This document shows positions 28,201-40,200 of a DNA stretch of 64,000 nucleotides, one piece after another. The DNA is from Pavona decussata (Eukaryota). The notes below the pieces were generated by a model. The model saw only the letters and a program-made list of their open reading frames with translations. It was not told the origin of the DNA and ran no database searches. Position numbers and translations under genes: made by a program. The DNA lies in the NCBI GenBank assembly GCA_977016875.1, contig CDRNST010000166.1, positions 2,046,001-2,110,000 on the forward strand, read 5' to 3'. Within the stretch, counting starts at the first letter, position 1, and every line of letters starts with the position of its first letter.

Positions 28201-31200
28201 AACATTCGACTGTAACAGTCTATAAATACAAATTATTACATGTGATTCTTTTAACTCACATTTCACATTAAGATAAGCAATTGCTTTGACAGTTGCGTTA
28301 AAGCCATTATCAGCTTGACACCAATATCTTCCAGAGCCGTTCCTTTTTGTGATAAAGGAAAGTGTGTCTTCTTCACCCACAGTCTTTCCATCCTTTATCC
28401 ATCTGATCTTTGGAGTTGGGTTACCGCTGGCATTACAATGAAATGTTGCCATGGCACCCTCGATGACAGTCTGGTTAGTAGGCTGCTTGTCGAAACTTGC
28501 TGAATCTACAACAATTAAAGATTAGAATTACAAATTTTGGTTGAAATGTGCACGTGAGGCAGAAGGATTGATACCACTCTCTTCTCGACTTTCCTTAGCA
28601 AAGTTTATACAGGATATACCTCACAGACAATATGGCAATGATATTTTTTTAAGATCATCGAGAACACTGCGCAAGCTTTTAAACTTCTGTTGGGTTTTTC
28701 GTTTCGTTTAATGCCAAGTTTAAGTTTCGTTCAACAATGAAAATCAGTAAAGCGAATTTGTACAGACAAACTTTGCAAAGCTGCACCTAAGAACGCTATT
28801 CTACCTTACTTCACATTTTTATTTGTCAAGTGTATAAGACCCAACGACCGGCGGCAGCTGTAAATGTGGAGAGGTTGTTCAAACTTACACTGAACATCAA
28901 GGAAAGCACTAGAGTTTATACTCTTGTCTACTCCATTTTCCGCTGAACACCAGTAAGCTCCAGAGCGATTTCTACTAGCTTCAAAGCTCAGTGTTTCTCC
29001 TTTAGACACAGTCTTCCCATCTTTAATCCAGGTTATGTTTGGCACAGGATTACCAGTGGCATTGCAGGTAAACGTAATTTGATCCCTCTCAGTTACGGTC
29101 AGATCGGAAGGTGTACTAATAAAACTTGGTGGAACTAGAATTGACAATATGAGGAGAAAGGTAGAAATGAGTGCGTAGTGGATGAAATGTCCAACGGATG
29201 GTCAATAAAACGTCTACAAACACTAATTGATAAGAAATCATTCAAGTAATATATCAAACACGAGACACAGTGTTTCATCACATATCAAACACCGAGAAGA
29301 GAGTTGAAAATACGACGCGCAGCGGAGTATTCTTGACGAACTTCGAGGTTTTTGATGTTGTGATGAAACACTGTGCCGAGTGTTTGATATAACTTCTCAA
29401 ACAAACTGATTTTGAAGGAGAAATTAAGGACGCAAAAACGAGGAGTTTTTCATCAGATATCCAAACACGTCACGGTGCATGATTTCCTTTGTCTTTGGCT
29501 TTTGAATTATTAATGAGTTTGAGAGGGAGACTTGGAATACTCATACATACTGATATCTTGATATCAAGAAAGCGCTGATCATTAGGCTCCTTTCGAAATA
29601 TTAAAATTCAACTTGATATCGAGGTCCAGAGGACACAAACAACAGAAATGACTTAACTTGATTATCGTATTTCCTTTGTTTGTGTCCTGTTGGCCTCATT
29701 GTCAAGTTGAATTTTAATATATCAAAAAGAGCATATTGACAGCGTAAACAAGAATTTCCTTTCTCAGATCTCATAGCATAAATGGGATTTACGCACGCTG
29801 AAACTCTTTATATTTTAAGTCTTATAACATTGTCAGTACGGTGCAAGTGTTATGCTAAGACATTTCGGTGAGTTAAGCAAATGTCGTAAAACGACTGTTG
29901 CAAAAGTTCGTTGCTTTCTACAAAATTCCCCGCAATGTTTCGTACGCAGTGTATGAAATTTTCTTTTTATGGTGATACAAAGGTTGGGCTGCACCGACAT
30001 TAAGCGAAAAATTCGTTTCGAAACCTTCAAGGATATATTGCTATAAGCTCTAAACAACCAATCCAAAATTGACGCAAATATCTCGTACACAAGTATTCAA
30101 TGATGCTCGGTCAGCAAACGCTAGACCTAGTTTGACTTCAAAAACTCAGATTTAACACAAATTAGCATATTATCACGTTGATTATTTGCTTTTCCTTTTC
30201 CGGAATAACTACAAAAACTGACTTTTCCGAAGTACTCCAGTATGTATTTACCGGCCCAAGTAACAACGTTATAAGAATATTGAAAAACTCGATTTTCATC
30301 TCTTTCACAAAAATAAAGTAAAATGATCAAACGGTAGTCTCTTTATTTGATACGAAATGGATTGAAAACCATATCATTTCATCCAGAATCTCCATTTTTT
30401 TGTAACGAAACCTACAGCGCCAGTCATACTTACAATGGACATCAAGGTAAGCGCTAGCGTTGGCCGTGTCATTGAGACCATTATCTGCGATGCACCAGTA
30501 TTCTCCAGACCGATTCCTGAGAGCGTGAAACGTTAATGTTTCTCCTTCACCAACAACTGCGTCATCTTTGACCCATTTTATTTCTGGTGCAGGGTTACTA
30601 GACGCGGTGCAGTGAAAAGTTACTTTGCTGCCTTCAGTGATGGTCTGTTTACTTGGCGATTCAGTCAGAGTTGGAGCAACTACATGATGTAAGGTGTAAA
30701 AGTACGTAAAAGACCTATCGTACAAAGAGGAAAAGGCCGAGACCTGCAGTGCAAAGCGTCAATGATATTCGGAAGGTTAGGTTTTTCCTCTCTATTTTCG
30801 TAACATAAAGCGAATAAGATCACTGCTTTTTCACCATGACCAGGATACAAAGCCCATCGTAAGGCTCTGATTATTTTGTTAAGCTAATCTTCCGTACATT
30901 GGTTTCATCAAACCTATGAATGCACTTACACTGTTCGGGGATCCACAACGTGGAGCAACTTTTCTTGACCCAAGAAAGAAAACAATGGGATGACCAGCTT
31001 GGAACAACATTTTTACGACCTTTCGAAGCCTAATTATACTACAGACACCCTCGTCACAACAGCACTACGTCGACTTGCATGCAAACTTGGCATTGTATCG
31101 TAACTATACATTAAGTAAAAAAAGAGTTTTTAATGTACTTACACTGTACATCTAGGTAAGCACTTGCGTTGATAACCAATCCAACTCCATTTTCAGCTGA

Positions 31201-34200
31201 ACACAAGTATTCTCCAGATTTATTCCTATGTGTTTCGAGGCTCAGTGTGTCTCCAGAACCCACATTCTTCCCGTCTTTAATCCAAGTAATATTTGGCGCA
31301 GGGTTACCAGTAGCGGTGCAGGTAAAAGTGGTTTGCTCCTTTTCAATCAGGGTCTGATTTGAAGGTGTGCTGGTGAAACCTGGTGGGACTACAAGGTTAA
31401 AATAAAATGATAGTAACTCTGAACTCGTGGTATACACATTTCATACTATAGGGCTGTGCTTTATGCACTGCAGAAGATATGCTGTGGTTTACACTGCACA
31501 GCGAGTGCTAGCTTTACTAGGTAGGATTTCTAGCATTAGCAGCTGGTTGTAAACCATTGCAGCAATACTTTTGAGAACAATTGATGTATGTTTGAAAGCT
31601 CAGTTTCTTTCCTTTTTCACATTATAGCAATAATAGTGTTGCTTGAGCGCATTTTCTTTCTAAATATTCGAATGCGCTTGTATGATTAAAAGTAAACTTA
31701 ACAAACAGTATCCACAGCAAGCGACCATTACTAGAAATCTATACATTAAACTAAATTATTCATTCTTCACGGATCTTAAGTATTTCCACTGGGTAACTGT
31801 CACTAACATCAGATAATTTAAATCCTCCACTCCCGTCAACAGCGATTGAACCAATGACTTTCGTCTATATTCCACTGCAACTATCTAGAAATACAAATAA
31901 ATACACCTGTAAATATCTACTCACATTTTACATTGAGATAAGCAATGGCTTTGACGGTTGCATTAAAGCCATTATCAGCTAAACACCAATATCTTCCAGA
32001 GTCGTTCCTTTTTGTGACAATGGAAAGTGTGTCTTTTTCACCCACAGTCTTTCCATCCTTTACCCATCTGATCTTTGGAGTTGGGTTACCGGTAGCATTG
32101 CAGTGAAATATTGCCATGGCACCCTCTATGACAGTCTGGTTAGTGGGCTGCATGTCCAAACTTGCCGAGTCTACAACAGTTAAAGATGACGGTCAAAAAA
32201 TTGCGGTTAGAATATACACGTGGAAAAGAACGACTAATATTATCATTCCAACCCATCGACTCCCTTTAGAGACGTTTATTCAGTATTTCCGTCATACACA
32301 TCACGCCAATCATATGTTTGTTACTTGCTTTAAATTTTTACTTTTTTTGTTTGACACATCGGTTCAATGCCTTGTGTAGCTTTGCCTCGAAAGCAAAATC
32401 CAGGAAAGTGGATTTCAGCAAGCAGCCCTTTTACAGCTGTGAGTAACAATGTCATTCCACCTCACATCACATTTGTATGTACGCCTATTCAGTGTTTAAA
32501 ACTTTATGGTTTCAACGTTCCTTTAGACAGTCAACGGTGACAGCTGTCAACGTGCAGAGGCTTACAAACTTACACTGAACATCAAGGAAAACGCGGGTGT
32601 TGATACTCTTGTCTATTCCATTTTCTGCTGAACACCAGTATACTCCGGAGTTATTTTTCCTAGCTTCAAAGCTCAGTGTTTCTCCTATACCCACAGTCTT
32701 GCCATCTTTACTCCAGGTTATGTTTGGAACGGGGTTACCAGTGGCAGTGCAATTGAACGTAATTTGATCCTTCTCAGTCACGGTAAGATCGGAAGGTGTG
32801 ATAGTAAAACTTGGTGGAACTAGAAATTATAATATGAAAAGAAGTTAGAAATGAGTACGGAGTGAATGAAATGGCCCTTTGTTGATGCATATAACGTCTG
32901 CGGTAACTGATTCCTCAGATATCGGCAATCCACGAGACTTGGATAACTCATGTCAGAACTAAGCGAAAAGATCTTCAGAATTAGCATTACTCAGAGTTAA
33001 AGGAATTTAGCCCATTCTTTTCATAATTGGTTGGCTGCTTTTTTTTTTCCGATGCTGTGAAATAACTAAAAAAATGTCAATTTTCTGAAATATTTCAGTA
33101 CTTTATTTACCTTTCTAGGGACGTCAACAACTCTTCATCATGTTCACAACCAAAACAAATGAAACTGTATTCTTTATTTCATATCAAACGGATTAAAAAC
33201 AATAACATTTGAGCTTGCACATACAGAGGCACATCCCCCCCCCCTCCCCCCGAGCTTCTCCATATCTTGTAACACAACCTTAACGTCCTACTTACACTGG
33301 ACATCAAGGTACGTGCTAGCGTTGGCCGTGTCATTGAGACCATTATCTGCGATGCACCAGTATTCTCCAGATCGATTCCTGAGTGCGTCAAACGTTAATG
33401 TTTCTCCTCCACCCACAACTATGTCATCTTTGATCCATTTTATTTCTGGTATAGGGTTACCAGACGCAGTGCAGTGAAATGTAACACTGATGCCTTCAGT
33501 GATGGTCTGTTTATTTGACGTTTCAGTCAGAGTTGGGGCAACTGCAGAATAATAAGATTGAAAAGTACAGCAATGACATCGTAGAAGGAGGAAAGGGCCG
33601 AGACCTGCAGTGCAAAGCACCACTTATATTCTGAAGGTTAGGTGGTTCATCCCTACTTTCTGTAACATAGCGGGAATAAGACCATTGCCTTTTCACTCTG
33701 ATCCCAGATGCAAGTCCATCACTAGGTTCTTATTATTTTGTACGGAGGATTATTTGAAATAATCTTCCGTACATTAGTTTCATGGTACCTATGAATGCAC
33801 TTCTGTCCTCAATTGTTCAGAGATCAACAACATGGAGCAGCTTTTCTTGACCCAATAAATAAAACAGTGCGATGACCAGAGTGGAACCAAATTTTTTACG
33901 ACCTACCCAAGCCTAATTAAACGACAGACACCCTCTCATCACAACAGCACTGCGTATGCTCGCATGCAAACTTTCCATTGTATCGTAACTATATATAAAG
34001 TAAAAGAGAGTTTACACGGCACTTACGTATACACTGCACATCTAGGTAAGCACTTGCGTTGATAGCCAATCCCACTCCATTCTCAGCTGAACACCAGTAT
34101 TCTCCAGATTGATTCTTGCGTGTTTCGAGAGTCAGTGTGTCTCCTGTACCCACAGTCTTCCCGTCTTTAATCCAGGTAATATTTGGCGCAGGGTTACCAG

Positions 34201-37200
34201 CAGCGTTGCAGGTAAATGTAGTTTTCTCCTTCTCTGTCACGGTCTGATTTGAAGGTGTGTTGGTAAAACTTGGTGGAACTAAAAAGATAAGATGACAGTG
34301 ACAAAAATTAATGGCGTCCTAAATTCGTGTGATATACATTTTATTCTATACAGCTAAGGTCTAAGCGATTCATAGCTAGCTTTAGCTAAGTTTGAAACCA
34401 ATAAAAGGAATATGCTACGGTTTGCACTGAATATCGAGAGCTAATATTGGCAAGTGATTGTTATCTTAATCGCCTGAGAAGACAACTAAATAATTTAATT
34501 AAAAAACAAGATTATTTGGCCGCTTGATCAGAGATTCTGCTTCCCTGTGACACAGCGTTTGAGAAAGGTGCTTATGAGTTAGTATTCAACGGTGATTGAA
34601 CCAATAAGATTTAAGTATGTTCCACTGCACCTATCTAGGAATGCAAATAATTACAGGCGTAAATATATACTCACATTTTACATTCAGGTAAGCAATTGCT
34701 TTGACAGTTGCGTTAAAGCCATTATCAGCTAAACACCAATATCTTCCAGAGTCGTTCTTTTTTGTGACAAAGGAAAGTGCGTCTTCTTCACCCACAGTCT
34801 TTCCATCCTTTATCCATCTGATCTTTGGTGTTGGGTTACCGGTGGCATTGCAGTGAAATGTTGCCATGGCACCCTCTATGACAGTCTGGTTAGTGGGGTA
34901 CATATCCAAACTGGCTGAATCTGCAACAATTAAAAATTAGAATTAGAAATTTCAGTTGGATAAAGCGCGTGGGAAAGAACTACTTACATGACTCCCACTC
35001 TTCGACTCTCTTTAGGGAGATTTATTCAGTATATCCCTGAGACATATGTTTTGCCAATGATATATTTTTTATATATATTAAGAGCGTTTCTAAATTTGTA
35101 CTGTTTTTTTTTTTATTTGTTTTAGTTTTTACGTTTCGGTTCAATGCCTTTTGTACGTTTGCTTCGAGAACCAAATTCCAGGATACTGGATTTCTGCAGG
35201 TGGGCTTTGCTCAGCTGTACATAAGATAACGATTTTAATCTACCCCTAATCACATTTCTCTGGGTACCTATCCACTGTTTACGGCTTTATAGTTTCAAGG
35301 AATCCTTAGTCAGCATACAGCAGCGGCGACAGCTGTCAATGTGCAAAGGCTTACAAACTTACGCTGAACATCTAGGGAAACGCTAGTGTTGATACTTTTG
35401 TCTATTCCATTATCCGCTGAACACCAGTATACTCCAGAGCGATTTCTTCTAGCTTCAAAGCTTAGTGTTTCTTCTCTACCCACAGTCTTGCCATCTTTAA
35501 TCCAGGTTATGTTTGGCGCAGGGTTACCAGTGGCAGTGCAAGTCAACGTAATTTGATCCTTCTCTGGGACAGTCTGATCGGAAGGTGTGATAGTAACAGT
35601 TGGCGGAACTAGGAATGAAAATATGAAACAAAAGTAAGACATTAGTGCACAGTGGACTAAATGCCCCTCCGTTGGCGAACATAACATCTACAATTACTAA
35701 GTCATCGAAAGCAATCAATGCAATTTGGATAACTCATATTGGCGCTAAAAGAAACTTTCGTTTCCAGACTTTCAATCATATATGACCGACAGCTATAAAG
35801 CGGCCATTGTCGATTGTTGTTCGTTGTCCACTATTCTTCAGAATTAGGATGACTTCGAGATATAAGATTGAACACAATTTAGCTGTGTCTTCATTGTTTG
35901 CGCTTTTTCTTTTCACGAGCCAGCGGAATGAATAAAAAAACTTCCACTAGGCATTCACTCTTCTCTGATCAAATTAAAGCGAGAAAACCATTGAAGAACG
36001 CTTCGTCCTTTCCAGAACAACAAAATCAGACTGTACTCTTTATTTTATATCAAACTGAATGAAACTGATAATGTTAGGCCGGTACGTACACAAGTGAGTA
36101 TCTCCCATCCCTTGTGTCTATGTCTTGGAACAAAACCTACAGCGTCATACTTACAGTGGACATCAAGGTAGGCGCTTGCGTTGGCCGTGTCATTGAGACC
36201 ATTATCTGCCATGCACCAGTATTCTCCAGATCGATTCCTGAGAGCGTCAAACGTTAGTGTTTCTCCTTCACCCACAACTACTTCATCTTTGGTCCATTTT
36301 ATTTGTGGTACAGGGTTACCAGACGCAGTGCAAAGAAATCTCACCTTGCTGCCTTCAGTGATGGTCTGTTTACGTGGTGTTTCAGTCAGAGTTGGAGCAA
36401 CTACAGGATATAAGGTATAACAGTACATCAAGATCATATCGGGCAAGGAGGAAAACGCCGAGATCTGCAGTGCAAAGTGTCACTGATATTCTCAAGACTG
36501 CGTGGTTCAGCTTTATTTTGTAACATAAAGGGACTAAGACTATTATGTTTTGACCCCGAACGGGATGTTAGTCCATCGCAAGGTGCTCAGCTTTTTGATA
36601 ATCTAATTTTCAGAACATTATTTGCACAATCTATAATATGGAATAAGGTTTGTTGCTGGACAAGAAATAGCACAACGTAGTAAAGAGCTTAACTGAAACA
36701 CCTTCTGTGTGTCCTTCGAAGGCACGATAAAAAGTCGCATGCCATCATCACAAAATAAATGCGTTGATTCGTGAGGGAGCTTTTGGTGACATCAAAAATG
36801 ATCATGAAGTAAAAACGAATAACTTTTCACTGTACTTACACTGCACATCAAGGTAAGCACTTGCACTGATAGCCAATCCCACTCCATTTTCAGCTGAACA
36901 CAGGTATTCTCCAGATTGATTCCTATGTGATTCGAGGCACAGTTTGTCCCCAGAAGCCACAGGAATCCCATCTTTAGTCCAGGTTATGTTTGGCGCAGGG
37001 TTACCAGCAGCGGCGCAGGTAAATGTGGTTAGCTCCTTCTCAGTCACGGTTTGATTTAAAGGTGTCCTAGTAAAACTTGGTGGGACTAAAATGATAACAA
37101 AAGATCACACTAAGACGTTTGCGGGTTAAATACCCCTCTGTTTTTAAAAGCATTTCCTCAGAAACTTAACTTATAACACGTTACTCAGTGTAGCGATGTC

Positions 37201-40200
37201 AAATGATAATAGTGTGAAAATAAAAATCGATTAATACCAGCCAATGGACTGTTAATTGATAGTAACAACGAAAATTCCATTTACAAAATCATTTGCATGG
37301 TGTCGTTGCTATCGATTGTCTCGAAGCTTATACGTGGGCGTATTTTATGGTTAATGGAAAAACTTTTCTGTTGGCACTCGTAGCTTTTTTGTGTCACTAT
37401 TAGCTCCGAAATTCAATCATCTTCAAGGAGAGACTCGTGGATAGCGCCTCTCCTGCTCGATTTTGGTAAGCCTTTCCGAGAAAGTCGAAAACCTACTATC
37501 TTGAAAATATAGCATGGATGAAAACTAAACCGATTTCCATCTTTTTTCGGCCAAACTAGGAAAATTCTGCGGTGTAGTTTTTAGGCACACGTAGCCTATA
37601 CCCATCATTTAAAGCTTACATAAAGCAGTGTTGTCTCCTTATTCCTATCCCGGACTGGGGAGACGAAGAAAAATATCAGCACCTTTATCGTTTTTGAGAG
37701 GACAGTTGAACTTGTGTCACGAAGGTTAGAAAATTTCACATCCCCCTTCCTTCTTTTTCCCTCCCCCTTTTTTTTTTTCGTCATCATCATCGTTTATTTG
37801 CCTTAGTAAAAGAAGAAAACATTTAAATTACAAGTTAAGGTAATAGCGAGAAGACCTCATGAAACCACCAGGCTTATAAGAGAGGACACCTCGGCTGTCA
37901 TTAATAAATATAAAATATGGTTCTGCGTAAGTGTGGCTTGGTCAATTCATGATTTCACAAATAAAAACTCCAACATTTTCTCCTTAAGGGTGAGAAAAAC
38001 TAGATGAATAAGTAATGTATATTGGGGTAGAGTTCCAGATTTTGGGACCTTGGTAAAGGATTGTAAATTGCTACAGATTTGTGCGACAAGAATGCGATCG
38101 ATAGCGGTTGGCTATTCTGTTACCATAATTATGCACTTGGCTACTTGTTAAAACAAATTCAGAATTTTTAGATCTACTTTTTTAACATAAGGTGGATATT
38201 CCGCCAATAAGACTTATAAAACACTAAAGCTACTAGGATGATACGATGGCGTTAATGGCAAACGTTCAAATGCTGTTAATTGCTAACTCCCTTAAGCACC
38301 TTTGACTGTAGTAGATTTATCACAAATTGAAATAACAATCCGAGCTTCAAGCTACGTTTATGCATGGTATAGTTGATAGATTTAAGGCCACTGCTTGGTA
38401 ATCTTCGAAAAATTACATTTGTTTAAGCCCTCATCTTTTTCTACATGTGCTGAATGGGTAATCGAGGGAAAGATGTCCGATCAAAACAGTTATTTGAAGT
38501 CAAATTACGGTTAGTGGACAACCTTACGAAAGCCTTTTTAAGTGATCGGTGGCTTTCGATCTGTTTTTTATAGCCATATGTCCGTAGGTGTACTGTTTGT
38601 CGAATCAGTTGGTTTGTCTTTCGTTTTGAAGTCGTTTGTCAGATGTAGGTAGTTGCATCCCTTCAGTGGTGTTTCTTCTTAGTAAGTAAAGCCGATTTCT
38701 GGAGTTAATAGTAGTCAAAAAAGACATCCCTTCACACTTACACTGTACATCAAGGTATGAACCAGCCTTTATTGATTTGCCCAATCCATTGTCTGCCCAA
38801 CACCAATATTCACCAGTTTCATTTCTGGATGCCTTTAATCTCAGAGTGATTTCGGTGCCAACAGTTTTTCCATCTTTTACCCATTTTATCTCTGGCATAG
38901 GATTTCCAGTGGCGGTGCAATGTAATGTGGTTTCTTCAAACTCGATCAAAGTCTGGTTGGCTGGTTCCTTTGTAAAACTTGGTGGATCTGAAATTTAGAG
39001 GAACGGTTATTGAGGTGGAGCATCTGGTTAAAAGACATTCGTTACGAAAACGAAGTGGTGTATTCTTTTGCACAATGTGGATAAACAGTTATCCCAAAGA
39101 TGTTTCCTTTGGCGTCCGCAACGAAAAGTGTTGACGTCATATTACGTGGTAATTACGTCACGATTGCCAGGAAAGCGCTAATTGAGCTTGAAAGATAAAA
39201 GTTATTACGAGAAAAGTAATTTTTGTTCATTTAAAAAAAGGGATTTTCCATTTTCTGGAAAATCGCCAATGAAAAATTTCTTACCTTGTTAAGCCAATAG
39301 ACACTAACTGACCACATCAAATTGTTCACAGGAAAAATTCTAAAAACCTGGTAAAATTTCATGGTGTTTGCTCCAGTATTAAAAAAGTTATTCACGTTCA
39401 AAGTCCCTGAGGGCAGAACCACCCCCCCCCCCCCCTTTACCCTGGTCTAGATAGGGCTAATATTCAACTGAAGATGTATAGATCAAGCTGTTTTTGTAAA
39501 ACTTAGTTTTTAAGATGCCTTCAAATGCCGTATTAAACGTTAATAAGTTAGTCTCAGTTGGCATACGCAACTGCTGGAAAAATGCTTTGGAGTCATTCAA
39601 AGAACCACGCGTCTTTTACTTACACTGTACATTGAGGTACGCAATCGAGTTGACGGTGGCGTTCAATCCATTACTTGCTAAGCACCAGTACTTTCCAGAA
39701 TGATTCCTCAAAGCAGTAAAGCTCAGTTCGCTTCCTGTCTGCAAAGTCGTCCCATCCTTGAACCACATTATCTGTGGCACAGGATTGCCAGTGGCAGAAC
39801 AATGGAAGGTTACGTGATCGGTTTCGTTGACGGTCTGGTTTACTGCTTTTGAGACGAGACTTGGCAAATCTAGAGGAAAAATTCACATGATTAGTTTTAA
39901 GACCCTCGCTTTGACAAGAAAACATTGAGAAAAATTTGTCATAAATGGCGCCTGTTTTACAATTCTTCTCATGTGTTAACCTTGCAAAAAGTGGACTTGT
40001 ATTCATTGACACTGAGACAAGGTTACCACACTTACAGAGCACATTGAGGTAAGCGCTCGCATTGACTGTTGAATCGATCCCATTCTCCGCTGAGCACCAG
40101 TACCTTCCCGACTGATTCCTAAATGCTGCAAAGTTCAGTGTCTCTCCAGTTCCCACCATCCGCCCATCTTTAGTCCATGTTATCTCTGGGGTTGGGTTTC

